Notes under the pieces: generated by a model
What the model was told of the DNA's origin: nothing
Seen by the model: only the letters and a program-made list of their open reading frames with translations
The model's database searches: none
Shown here: one piece after another, positions 50,207-64,000 of the stretch
Layout of the letters: each line of letters begins with the position of its first letter
Position numbering within the stretch: the first letter of the stretch is position 1
Translations under genes and position numbers: made by a program
From: Nemertoderma westbladi
Lineage: Eukaryota > Animalia > Xenacoelomorpha
Assembly (NCBI GenBank): GCA_032718475.1
Contig: JAUCBJ010006471.1
Coordinates: 1 to 64,000 of the forward strand
Reading direction: 5' to 3'
DNA length: 64,000 nucleotides

Positions 50207-51675
50207 CCCTATTAAACCCGGGGGGGGGGGGGTCAATATGACCCCCCCCCCCCCGTGGTTTTTTCATTATAATTCTGAAACAATTTTTTAACCCTACTTT
50301 TGGCACTTTTTTTGAGACGTTTTTTGATTTTTACATTTCATTAAATATGAATTGTAACTTCTCTATTTTTTATTTACACCGGTTTTTTGGTGTTAGAAAT
50401 TGGATGGAATTCATATAAATTGATTTAGAAATGTCAAACTTGTTTTTTTCGGTGGGTGCCAAATTTTGGTGCCAGCACCAAATTTTGAAATATGTCAATT
50501 TTGTAAATTGATTGTTTGAAACTTGTTTTTTACGCAATTGGGGTTTTTTGGGGTTCTGGATTCGATGAAATATATACGAGTTGCACCAAGCGTATCAAAC
50601 TCGTATTTTTCGGTGCTGTGTGCAAATTTTGGTGCTAGCACGAAATTTTGAAAATCCATTCAATAGATAAAATTGCTTGTGACAATTTATTTCATGCGTT
50701 TTAGAGGTTTATAGCTGTTCTGAATTCCATGGAATATATAATAATCGAACTAGACATCTCAAACTTTTATTTTTCGGATGTGGGTGCAAAATGTGGTGCT
50801 AGCACCAAATTTTGAAAACCATCAAATATATCAATTGATTGTCTCACCTTGTTTCTTGCGTTATACGGGTTTGTGATGGTTCTGAATTCAATGGAATCAG
50901 TAAAAATTTCATAAGAGTTCTCAAACTTGTATTTTTCGCCGGTGGGTGAAAATTGTTGTGCCAGCACCAAATTTTGGAAAATATGCAAATTGATCAGTAG
51001 ATACTATCACCTTGTTTCTTGCGTTATACGGGTTTATGAGGGTCCTGAATCCGATGGAATCAATAAAAACAGCACTGGACATCGCAAACTTGTACTTTTT
51101 GGTGATGGGTACGAAATTTGGTGCTAGCATCAAAATTTGCCAAATTACGCCGAAAAATACAAGTAGCAATGATCTGGCATATTAGAAATGTATTCCATTA
51201 GAATCAGCGCCCTCGAAAACCTGAAAATGTGAATTTATAGCATCGTATAAGTGAATTAAAAATTTTATGTTCTAACTGAAAAATGCTGGTTACTTGTTTT
51301 TTTCATTTTTTTCCTACGCAGAGAGGACTAAACAGACATTTATAGTAATCATATCATTTTTTAATATTTTCCAATGTATTTTGGCCCCAGAAAACCTGTA
51401 TTGAAAAATAATTAGCCGAAAATGTAACTTTCAAATTTTGTGAAAATTGTGCACTACTTGTAATTTTGGTGCTGCAATATAACCACCCCAGTACATTTTT
51501 TCGAAATTTTTTTTTTTTCGGTCGGATCCAGACAAGTAATACCTACGTACAAACAAAAAATCAGACGTTTTCGTAAATATTTGTAGATTTTAGAGGGAGG
51601 GGGGGGGGTCAATATGACCCCCCCCCCCCCCCCTCCGGTATTTGTACAACATTTTATAGCCCGGTACTAATAGGG
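50207..51675. mobile_element. piggyBac-type non-autonomous element
   Basis: TTAA|CCCTATTA...TAATAGGG|TTAA; internal ~160-bp repeats (aaacttgt...ggtgccagcaccaaatttt). Confidence 0.85.
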
Positions 51676-52088
51676 TTAAACTCGCTTACCCACGGTAAAT
51701 AAAATGCCCATGAAATAAATGATTATTATTAAATAGAAAAGGGAAAATAATTGTAATTCTAAGCAAAAAAACGGAAAAAAATATGCTACTAAACAAAAAT
51801 AGGAAATAATTACATTCTAAACAAAATAGGAAAAAAATTATTTTCACCCCATAAAAGGAAAATGCAGAAAATCGCCAGCGACCAAATCCACTGGTATATT
51901 ATATAAGCATTGCCACTTTTTATATATATAAATAATTTTACCCATATTTTTTCAAATTATTTTTTTTACCCATTTTATTGTTCTTTTTTACCCATAAATA
52001 TTATAACATCCAGATTTTCAGAATGTCAACTGGCAGACCGTTTCCCTATGGAGCCCCTAAAGGGACATGCAAAATATATTTTTTTCTA

Positions 52089-52568
52089 TCTTGTACGCAC
52101 AACTTAGTATCTTGTACGCACAACTTAGTATCTTGTGCGCAAAACTTAGTATCTTGTGCGCACAACTTAGTATCTTGTGCGCACACCATAGTATCTTGTG
52201 CGCACAAATTAGTATATTTTGCGCACAACTTAGTATCTAGTACGCACAACTTAGTATCTTGTGCACACAACTTAGTAACTTATGCGCACAACTTAGTATT
52301 TTGTGAGCACAACTTAGTATGTTGTGCGCACAACTTAGTATCTTTTGCGCATAACTTAATATATTGTGCGCACAACTTAGTATATTGTGAGCACAACTTA
52401 GTATGTTGTGCGCACAACTTATTATCTTGTGCGCACGACATAGTATCTTGTGCGCACAACTTAGTATCGTGTGAGCACAACTTAGTATGTTGTGCGCACA
52501 ACTTAGTATCTTGTGCGCACGACATAGTATCTTGGGAGCACAACTTAGTATCTTGTGCGCACAACTTA
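52089..52568. repeat. 21-bp tandem repeat, ~23 copies, probably MITE-internal
   Basis: Unit tcttgtgcgcacaacttagta. Confidence 0.93.
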
Positions 52569-52889
52569 ACTAATTTGTCTAACAACTTAGCTTACACGTG
52601 TTCTATAACATATACAGGTACAGTATATAAAAAAGTAGATAAAACTAGCTAGTATAAAAATTTAAAAATGTGATCTAGACCCAAAAAAATGTGTTCTAGA
52701 ACAAATTTTTTTTTCAAAATTGAGAGCTAGCACATCTGTAATATTTCTAAAAAATAGCAAAAACTAGTTAGTATAAAAAATATGGTCAATGGGTGGTACC
52801 CAAGGTGTATTAATGCCATTTATTTGCACTTGCACTGTTGTACTCTATACACTGTAATATTGTACCATAATTCTAAATAAAATGATCAC

Positions 52890-53175
52890 AATATTTTTAC
52901 TCGCAATATTTTTACTCCAGATATTTTTACTCTCGATTTTTTTACTCTCGATATTTTTACTCTTGATATTTTTACTCTCGATATTTTTCAATACTCCATA
53001 TTTTTACTCTCGATATTTTACTCTTGATATTTTTCAACTCTTGATATTTTTACTCTCGATATTTTTACTCTCGATATTTTTTAAACTCGCGATATTATTG
53101 ATATTTTTCAACACTCGATATTTTTACTCGTGTTATTTTTACTCTCGATATTTTTCATGTCTCGATATTTTTCAA
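52890..53175. repeat. ~15-bp tandem repeat
   Basis: Unit tcgatatttttactc. Confidence 0.9.
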
Positions 53176-53350
53176 TATAACCAATACACGGATCTTACGG
53201 AATCGAATCGCGTTAAGCAACCAAAGATCTTAAATCTTAAAGATCTTAAATTAATGAATTTAAAAATAAAAATGTGCAACAGGCCGCCTATTATTTATAT
53301 AATTGCAGAAAATATATATGGTAGTGGAAATTATTGTGGATAATGCTACA

Positions 53351-53850
53351 AAGGGAAGGCATTGATTGCATCATCACTTACTGTTAGGTGCAACTCCTTT
53401 AAGGGAAGGCATTGATTGCATCATCACTTACTGTTAGGTGCAACTCCTTTAAGGGGAGGCATTGATTGCATCATCACTTACTGTTAGGTGTAACTCCTTT
53501 AAGGGAAGGCATTGATTGCATCATCACTTACTGTTAGGTGTAACTCCTTTAAGGGAAGGCATTGATTGCATCATCACTTACTGTTAGGTGTAACTCCTTT
53601 AAGGGAAGGTATTGATTCCATCATCACTTACTGTTAGGTGTAACTCCTTTAAGGGAAGGCATTGATTGCATCATCACTTACTGTTAGGTGCAACTCCTTT
53701 AAGGGAAGGCATTGATTGCATCATCACTTACTGTTAGGTGCAACTCCTTTAAGTGAAGGCATTGATTGCATCATCACTTACTGTTAGGTGCAACTCCTTT
53801 AAGGGAAGGCATTGATTGCATCATTACTTACTGTTAGGTGTAACTCCTTT
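53351..53850. repeat. 50-bp tandem repeat, 10 copies, spanning the LGR exon end and splice donor
   Basis: Unit aagggaaggcattgattgcatcatcacttactgttaggtgYaactccttt; the rightmost copy overlaps exon 53832-53976. Confidence 0.95.
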
Positions 53851-53976
53851 ATCGAAGGTAATTGTTTAGGAGCTGGAAATTCAATCATGTTTCGGTTATT
53901 CATTATCTTGAGAACAGTCAAACTTGGTAAACTTTCAGTAACCGGAAATTTGGGAAAAAATGTCTCACTTAAGTCT
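53832..53976 (-). CDS. rk: Type-B LGR exon, last 2 LRRs
   Basis: ttttacag|A GAC...ACA|gtaagt. Translates (L)DLSETFFPKFPVTESLPSLTVLKIMNNRNMIEFPAPKQLPSIKELHLT; phases match both neighbours and it joins YPYHCC. Confidence 0.85.
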
Positions 53977-54502
53977 CTGTAAAATTAAATTATTTGTAAA
54001 TAATAAGTTCGGTGCGGTAATTACATTATAGTCAGGATCTTCAAAAAGGATCAATAAGGTAAAAAAATTCCATTAATTGGATGATGGAAATTTCAGTAGG
54101 CCCCTATTCATCAACATCCAAAAACAGGAAAATCCAAGTCGCCCTAGAACTGAGTTTAACTAAAATTATATGTCGTCCCTATAACATCTTGTGTATATTA
54201 TTTAATTTGGATTTACAGCTGCTATGTTGTCCTGAGAAAATAACCCCAATATACAATGTAAAACTAGAAATAAAGGACCTCATAATACAGATTTTCGATA
54301 ACAAACAAATCACATCTACCGAACACAGCCACTCTAATATTCGCCTTTTGACAACAAACTAAAATAAAATTAACATTAATTGTTAGTTTTAGCCTTGTGT
54401 AAATGAATAGGATATTTGAAAAAATATGTACATTATTACGAATCTGAAAATTGAAACATTTGTAAAATAGTTATAAAATTATTATATATAAGCTGAACTT
54501 AC

Positions 54503-54718
54503 AAGTAGCGTAGTTTGGATTTGGATCTAAATGCTCCATCTTCGATAATTCTTAAAGGGTTATTTAACAAGTAGATGTTCTCAATATTATCCAATCCTGC
54601 TAGGCTGTTGATGTGCAAAGTCTCAATAAGGTTGTCAGATAAAGTTAAATCCAATAGGTATCGGCAGTTGGAGAATGTATAATTTGGTATTGTCTTTATT
54701 CTATTACCAATAAGATGC
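54503..54718 (-). CDS. rk: Type-B LGR (rickets/bursicon-receptor-like) exon encoding 3 LRRs
   Basis: 216-bp exon, aag|...|gtaagt. Translates HLIGNRIKTIPNYTFSNCRYLLDLTLSDNLIETLHINSLAGLDNIENIYLLNNPLRIIEDGAFRSKSKLRYL (3 x 24-aa LRR); phase 2/2. Confidence 0.85.
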
Positions 54719-54859
54719 CTTCAAATAAATAGTTACACATCATAGTCATTAATAATTACAGGCAGATATTCTGTATTCATTATTTTATTTGATAAAAAAA
54801 ATTAATTTAACTAAATCCCTAGGTGATACGATCTTTGAAATCCGAAGTGACCAAAAAAA

Positions 54860-57800
54860 TGTATGATTTATACCGTGTATGATTTATAACGGTATGATTT
54901 GGACCGTGTATGATTTGGACCGTGTATGATTTGGACCGTAAATGATTTATACCGTGTATGATTTATACCGTGTATGATTTATACCGTGTATGATTTATAC
55001 CATGTATGATTTATACCGTGTATTATTTATACCGTGTATGGTTTATACCGTGTATGATTTGGACCGTAAATGATTTATACCATGTATGATTTATACCGTG
55101 TATGATTTATACCATGTATGATTTATACCGTGTATGATTTATACTGTGTATGATTTATACCGTGTGTGATTTATACCGTGTATGATTTATACCGTGTATG
55201 ATTTTATACGGTGTACGATTTAAACAATGTATGATTTATACCGTGTATGATTTATACCATGTATGATTTATACCGTGTATGATTTATACCGTGTATCATT
55301 TATACCGTGTATGATTTTTACCATGTATGATTTATACCGTGTATGATTTATACCGTGTATGATTTATACCATGTATGATTTGGACCGTGAATGATTTATA
55401 CCATGTATGATTTATACCGTGTATGATTTATACCATGTATGATTTATACCGTGTATGATTTATACTGTGTATGATTTATACCGTGTATGATTTATACCGC
55501 TTATGATTTATACCGTGTATGATTTATAACTTGTATGATTTATACCGCGTATGATTTATACCGTGTATGATTTATACCGTGTATGATTTATACCGTGTAT
55601 GATTTATACTGTGTATGATTTATACCGTGTGTGATTTATACCGTGTATGATTTATACCGTGTATGATTTTATACGGTGTATGATTTAAACAATGTATGAT
55701 TTATACCGTGTATGATTTATACCATGTATGATTTATACCGTGTATGATTTATACCGTGTATCATTTATACCGTGTATGATTTTTACCATGTATGATTTAT
55801 ACCGTGTATGATTTATACCGTGTATGATTTATACCGTGTATGATTTGGACCGTGAATGATTTATACCATCTATGATTTATACCGTGTATGATTTATACCA
55901 TGTATGATTTATACCGTGTATGATTTATACTGTGTATGATTTATACCGTGTATGATTTATACCGCTTATGATTTATACCATGTATGATTTATACCATGTA
56001 TGATTTATAACTTGTATGATTTGGATCGTGTATGATTGATTGATTTATTTATACCATGTATGATTTATACCGTGTATGATTTGGCCCATGTATGATTTAT
56101 ACCGTGTATGATTTGGACCGTGTATGATTTGTACCGTGTATGATTTGGACCGTGTATGATTTATACCCTGTATGATTTGGACCGTCTATGATTTATACCA
56201 TGTATGATTTATACCATGATTTGGACTGTGTATGATTTGACCATGTATGATTTATACTGTTTATGATTTATACCGTGTATGATTTATACCGTGTATGATT
56301 TATACCGTGTATGATTTATACCATGTATGATTTATACCGTGTATTATTTATACCGTGTATGGTTTATACCATGTATGATTTATACCGTGTATGATTTTAT
56401 ACGGTGTATGATTTAAAAAATGTATGATTTATACCGTGTATGATTTATAACGGTATGATTTGGACCGTGTATGATTTATACCGTGTATGATTTATACCGT
56501 GTATGATTTATACCATGTATGATTTATACCGTGTATTATTTATACCGTGTATGGTTTATACCGTGTATGATTTGGACCGTAAATGATTTATACCATGTAT
56601 GATTTATACCGTGTATGATTTATACCATGTATGATTTATACCGTGTATGATTTATACTGTGTATGATTTATACCGTGTGTGATTTATACCGTGTATGATT
56701 TATACCGTGTATGATTTTATACGGTGTATGATTTAAACAATGTATGATTTATACCGTGTATGATTTATACCATGTATGATTTATACCGTGTATGATTTAT
56801 AACGTGTATCATTTATACCGTGTATGATTTTTACCATGTATGATTTATACCGTGTATGATTTATACCGTGTATGATTTATACCGTGTATGATTTGGACCG
56901 TGAATGATTTATACCATGTATGATTTATACCGTGTATGATTTATACCATGTATGATTTATACCGTGTATGATTTATACTGTGTATGATTTATACCGTGTA
57001 TGATTTATACCGCTTATGATTTATACCGTGTATGATTTATAACTTGTATGATTTATACCGCGTATGATTTATACCGTGTATGATTTATACCGTGTATGAT
57101 TTATACCGTGTATGATTTATACCATGTATGATTTATACCATGTATGATTTATAACTTGTATGATTTGGATCGTGTATGATTGATTGATTTATTTATTCCA
57201 TGTATGATTTATACCGTGTATGATTTGGCCCATGTATGATTTATACTGTGTATGATTTGGACCGTGTATGATTTGTACCGTGTATGATTTGGACCGTGTA
57301 TGATTTATACCCTGTATGATTTGGACCGTCTATGATTTATACCGTGTATGATTTATACCATGATTTGGACCGTGTATGATTTGACCATGTATGATTTATA
57401 CTGTGTATGATTTATACCGTGTATGATTTATACCGTGTATGATTTATACCATGTATGATTTATACCGTGTATGATTTACACCGTCTATGATTTATACCGT
57501 TGATAATTTATACTGTGTATGATTTATACCATGTATGATTTGGACCGTGTATGATTTATACCATGTATGATATGGACCGTGTATGATTTATACCGTGTAT
57601 GATTTGGACCGTGTATGATTTATACCGTTTATGATTTATACCGTGATTTGGACCGTGTATGATTTGACCATGTATGATTTATACTGTGTATGATTTATAC
57701 CATGTATGATTTATACCGTATATAATTTATACCATGTATGATTTATACTGTGTATGATTTATATTGTGTATGATTTATACCATGTATGATTTATACAGTG

Positions 57801-60800
57801 TATGATTTATACCATGTATGATTTATACCGTGTATGATTTATACCGTGTATGATTTATACCGTGTATGATTCACACCATGTATGATTAATACCGTTGATG
57901 ATTTATACTGTGTATGATTTATACCGTGTATGATTTGGACCATGTATGATTTATACCGTGTATGATATGGACCGTGTATGATTTATACCATGATTTGGGC
58001 CGTGTATGATTTATACTGTGTATGATTTATGCCATGTATACTTTATACCATATATGATTTATACCGTGTATGATTTATATCGTGTATGATTTATACCATG
58101 TATGATTTATACCGTGTATGATTTATACCGTGTATGATTTATACCATGTATGATTTATACCATGTATGATTTATAACTTGTATGATTTGGATCGTGTATG
58201 ATTGATTGATTTATTTATACCATGTATGATTTATACCGTGTATGATTTGGCCCATGTATGATTTATACTGTGTATGATTTGGACCGTGTATGATTTGTAC
58301 CGTGTATGATTTGGACCGTGTATGATTTATACCCTGTATGATTTGGACCGTCTATGATTTATACCGTGTATGATTTATACCATGATTTGGGCCGTGTATG
58401 ATTTGACCATGTATGATTTATACTGTGTATGATTTATACCGTGTATGATTTATACCGTGTATGATTTATACCATGTATGATTTATACCGTGTATGATTTA
58501 CACCGTCTATGATTTATACCGTTGATAATTTATACTGTGTATGATTTATATCATGTATGATTTGGACCGTGTATGATTTATACCATGTATGATATGGACC
58601 GTGTATGATTTACACCGTGTATGATTTGGACCGTGTATGATTTATACCATTTATGATTTATACCGTGATTTGGACCGTGTATGATTTGACCATGTATGAT
58701 TTATACTGTGTATGATTTATACCATGTATGATTTATACCGTATATAATTTATACCATGTATGATTTATACTGTGTATGATTTATATTGTGTATGATTTAT
58801 ACCATGTATGATTTATACAGTGTATGATTTATACCATGTATGATTTATACCGTGTATGATTTATACCGTGTATGATTTACACCGTGTATGATTAATACCG
58901 TTGATGATTTATACTGTGTATGATTTATACCGTGTATGATTTGGACCGTGTATGATTTATACCGTGTATGATATGGACCGTGTATGATTTATACCATGAT
59001 TTGGGCCGTGTATGATTTATACTGTGTATGATTTATGCCATGTATACTTTATACCATATATGATTTATACCGTGTATGATTTATATCGTGTATGATTTAT
59101 ACCATGTATGATTTATACAGTGTATGATTTATACCGTGTATGATTTATACCGTGTATGATTTATACCATGTATGATTTATACCGTGTATGATTTACACCG
59201 TGTATGATTTATACCAGTGATGATTTATACTGTGTATGATTTATACCGTGTATGATTTGGACTGTGTATGATTTATACCGTGTATGATATGGACCGTGTA
59301 TGATTTATAACGTGTATGATTTATGCCGTGTATAATTTATACCATGTACGATTTATACCGTGTATGATTTATATCGTGTATGATTTATACCATGTATGAT
59401 TTATACAGTGTATGATTTATAGCGTCTATGATTTATACCGTGTATGATTTATACCATGTATGATTTATACCATGTATGATTTACACCGTGTATGATTTAT
59501 ACCAGTGATGATTTATACTGTGTATGATTTATACCGTGTATGATTTGGAGTGTGTATGATTTATACCGTGTATAATATGGACCGTGTATGATTTATACCA
59601 TGTATGATTTGGACCGTGTATGATTTATACCGTGTATGATTTATACCGTGATTTGGACCGTGTATGATTTGACCATGTATGATTTATACCATGTATGATT
59701 TATACCGTGTATGATTTATACCATGTATAATTTATTCCATGTATGATTTATACCGTGTATGATTTATACCGTGTATGATTTATACTGTGTATGATTTAGT
59801 ATGATTTGGACGGTGTATGATTTATATCATGTATGATTTGGACCATGTATGATTTGTACCGTGTATGATTTATACCGTGTATGATTTATACCGTGTATGA
59901 TTTGTACCGTGTATGATTTATACCGTGTATGATTTATACTGTGTATGATTTATACCGTGTCTGATTTGGACTGCGTATGATTTATACCGTGTCTGATTTG
60001 GACTGTGTATGATTTATACCATGTATGATTTGTACCGTGTATGATTTATACCATGTATGATTTATACCGTGTATGATATACCGTTTATGATTTGGACCGT
60101 GTATGATTTATACCATGTATGATTCATACCGTGTATGATTTATACCATGTATGATTTTTACCATGTCTAATTTGGACTGTGTTTGATTTAAAACGTGTAT
60201 GATATATACCATGTATGATTTATAACATGTATGATTTATACCATGTATTATTTATACCGTGTATGATTTATACTGTGTATGATTTATTATATACCATGTA
60301 TGATTTATACCATGTATGATTTATACCATGTACGATTTGGACCGTGTATGATTTATACCATGTATGATTTATACCATGTATGATTTATACCATGTATGAT
60401 TTATACCATGTATGATTTATACCATGTATGATTTATACCGTGTATGATTTATACCATGAATGATTTATACCGTGTATGATTTATACTGTGTATGATTTAT
60501 ACCGTGTATGATTTATAACTTGTATTATTTATACCGCGTATGATTTATACCGTGTATGATTTATACCGTGTATGATTTATACCATGTATGATTTATACTG
60601 TGTATGATTTATACCATGTATGATTTATAACTTGTATGATTTGGATCGTGTATGATTGATTGATTTATTTATACCATGTATGATTTATACCGTGTATGAT
60701 TTGGACCATGTATGATTTATACCGTGTATGATTTGGACCGTGTATGATTTGTACCGTGTATGATTTGGACTGTGTATGATTTATACCCTGTATGATTTGG

Positions 60801-63757
60801 ACCGTCTATGATTTATACCGTGTATGATTTATACCATGATTTGGACCATGTATGATTTGACCGTGTATGATTTATACTGTGTATGATATATACCGTGTAT
60901 GATTTATACCATGTATGATTTATACCGTGTATGATTTACACCGTCTATGATTTATACCGTTAATAATTTATACTGTGTATGATTTATACCGTGTATGATT
61001 TGGAGCATGTATGATTCATACCATGTATGATATGGACCGTGTATGATTTATACCGTCTATGATTTGGACCGTGTATGATTTATACCGTGTATGATTTATA
61101 CCATGATCTGGACCGTGTATGATTTGACCATGTATGATTTATACCATGTATGATTTATACCGTGTATGATTTATACCATATATAATTTATACCATGTATG
61201 ATTTATACTGTGTATGATTTATATTGTGTATGATTTATAACATGTATGATTTATACAGTGTATGATTTATACCATGTATGATTTGGACCGTGTATGATCT
61301 ATACCGTGTATGATTTATACCGTGTATGATTTACACCGTGTATGATATTTACCGTTGATGATTTATACTGTGTATGATTTATACCGTGTATGATTTGGAC
61401 CGTGTTTGATTTATACCGTGTATGATATGGACCGTGTATGATTTATACCATGTATGATTTGGACCGTGTATGATTTATACCGTGTATGATTTATACCGTG
61501 TATAATTTATACCATGTATGATTTATACCGTGTATGATTTATATCGTGTATGATTTATACCATGTATGATTTATACAGTGTATGATTTATACCGTGTATG
61601 ATTTATACCGTGTATGATTTATACCGTGTATGATTTATACCGTGTATGATTTACACCGTGTATGATTTATACCATTGATGATTTATACTGTGTATGATTT
61701 ATACCGTGTATGATTTGGACTGTGTATGATTTATACCGTGTATGATATGGACCGCGTATGATTTATACCGTGTATGATTTGGACCATGTATGATTTATAC
61801 CGTGTATGATTTATACCGTGATTTGGACCGTGTATGATTTGACCATGTATGATTTATACCGTGTATGATTTATAACATGTATGATTTGGACCGTGTATGA
61901 TTTGGACCGTGTATGATTTGGACCGTGTATGATTTATACCGTGTATGATTTATACCGTGTATGATTTATACCGTGTATGATTTATACCATGTATGATTTA
62001 TACCGTGTATGAGTTATACCATGTATGATTTATACCGTTTATGATTTATAACATGTATGATTTATACCATGTATGATTTATACCGTGTATGATTTATACC
62101 GTGTATGATTTGGACCGTGTATGATTTATACCATGTATGATTTATACCGTGTATGATTTATACCGTGCTTGATTTATACCTGTTATGATTCATACCGTGT
62201 ATGATTTATACCGTGTATGATTTAAACAATGTATGATTTATACCGTGTATGATTTATACCATGTATGATTTATACCGTGTATGATTTATACCATGTATGA
62301 TTTATACCATGTATCATTTATACCGTGTATGATTTATACCATGTATGATTTATACTGTGTATGATTTATACCGTGTATGATTTATACCGTGTATGATTTG
62401 GACTGTGAATGATATATACCATGTATGATTTATACCGTGTATGATTTATACCATGTATGATTTATACCGTGTATGATTTATACCGTGTATGATTTATACC
62501 GTGTATGATTTATACCATGTATGATTTATACCGTGTATGATTTACACTGTGTATGATTTATACCATTGATGATTTATACTGTGTATGATTTATACCATGT
62601 ATGATTTGGACTGTGTATGATTTATACCGTGTATGATATGGACCGCGTATGATTTATACCGTGTATGATTTGGACCATGTATGATTTATACCGTGTATGA
62701 TTTATACCGTGATTTGGACCATGTATGATTTGACCATGTATGATTTATACCGTGTATGATTTATAACATGTAGGATTTGGACCGTGTATGATTTATACCG
62801 TGTATGATTTATACCGTGTATGATTTGGACTGTGAATGATTTATACCATGTATGATTTATACCGTGTATGATTTATACCATGTATGATTTATACCGTGTA
62901 TGATTTATACCGTGTATGATTTATACCATGTATGATTTATACCGTGTATGATTCATACCACGTATGATTTATAACTTGTATGATTTATACCGTGTATGAT
63001 TTATACCGTGTATGATTTATACCATGTATGATTTATACCGTGTATGATTTATACCATATATGATTTATACCATGCATGATTTATAACTTGTATGATTTGG
63101 ATCGTGTATGATTGATTGATTTATTTATACCATGTATGATTTATACCGTGTATGATTTGGACCATGTATGATTTATACCGTGTATGATGTGGACCATGTA
63201 TGATTTGTACCGTGTATGATTTGGATCATGTATGATTGATTTATTTATTTATACCATGTATGATTTATACCGTGTATGATTGGGACCATGCATGATTTAT
63301 ACCGTGTATGATTTGGACCGTGTATGATTTGTACCATGTATGATTTGGACCGTGTATGATTTATACCCTGTATGATTTGGACCGTCTATGATTTATACCG
63401 TGTATGATTTATACCATGATTTGGACCGTGTATGATTTGACCGTGTATGATTTATACTGTGTATGATTTATACTGTGTATGATTTATACTGTGTATGATT
63501 TATACCATTGATAATTTATACTGTGTATGATTTATACCGTGTATGATTTGGACCGTGTATGATTTATACCATGTATGATATGGACCGTGTATGATTTATA
63601 CCGTGTATGATTTGGACCGTATACCGTGTATGATTTATACCGTGATTTGGACCATGTATGATTTGACCATGTATGATTTATACCGTGTATGATTTATACA
63701 ATGTATGATTTATGCCGTATATAATTTATACCATGTATAATTTATACTGTGTATGAT
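54860..63757. repeat. 16-bp satellite, ~8.9 kb, intronic
   Basis: Unit tgtatgatttataccg with ttggac and ccatg variants; variant blocks recur. Confidence 0.98.
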
Positions 63758-64000
63758 AGGATGAGAGGATTATTGCATCATCCTTGATGAATCACCTATA
63801 AATTGGCTGTATTTCCGGTATGTGCTTACTCTTAATCTAATTGTTAAATTCTTGTTGGATATCTCTCTTAGCTTCTCAGTTTTGGACCCTATATTTGTTT
63901 CTTTCAATAATTCGTAATTATTTGTAATTTCTGTTTTAAATTCTTTGCCGTGTTTCTCAATCAATCTTAATGGCTACTGCAAATTACAATTTCGAATTAT

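Noticed and set aside
51978-53343. HNLVSCA-repeat and IFLLS-repeat ORFs
   Set aside because: Products of the 21-bp and 15-bp tandem repeats.
53351-53850. CRISPR-like appearance of regular repeats
   Set aside because: Head-to-tail units with no unique spacers, no cas genes, and a eukaryotic context.
63770-63964. 64-aa ORF as the next LRR exon
   Set aside because: No LxxLxLxxN pattern; more likely a repeat remnant. The upstream receptor exons lie outside the window.

Overview
AT-rich eukaryotic (invertebrate-type) genomic DNA, not prokaryotic. The backbone is the 3' part of a minus-strand, multi-exon type-B leucine-rich-repeat GPCR (rickets/bursicon-receptor-like, LGR4/5/6 group). I reconstructed 8 phase-consistent exons (last 5 LRRs, hinge, 7TM) plus 3 tentative C-tail exons. 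The introns are packed with transposons: a young non-autonomous BEL/Pao LTR element (12.2 kb, GAGTC target-site duplication), RTE, CRE-like and CR1/L2-like LINE pieces, and Sola, pogo, Merlin, Harbinger-Myb and piggyBac-type remnants. There are also several minisatellites and an ~8.9-kb 16-bp satellite. The most unusual signal is a ~100-nt intronic tRNA-derived Pol III unit (A box, B box, T6 terminator) whose anticodon arm is replaced by an intact-looking minimal hammerhead ribozyme. Also notable are a 10-copy array of a receptor splice donor and the possible insertion of the LTR element into a receptor coding exon. All calls are by-eye motif recognition; no searches were run.
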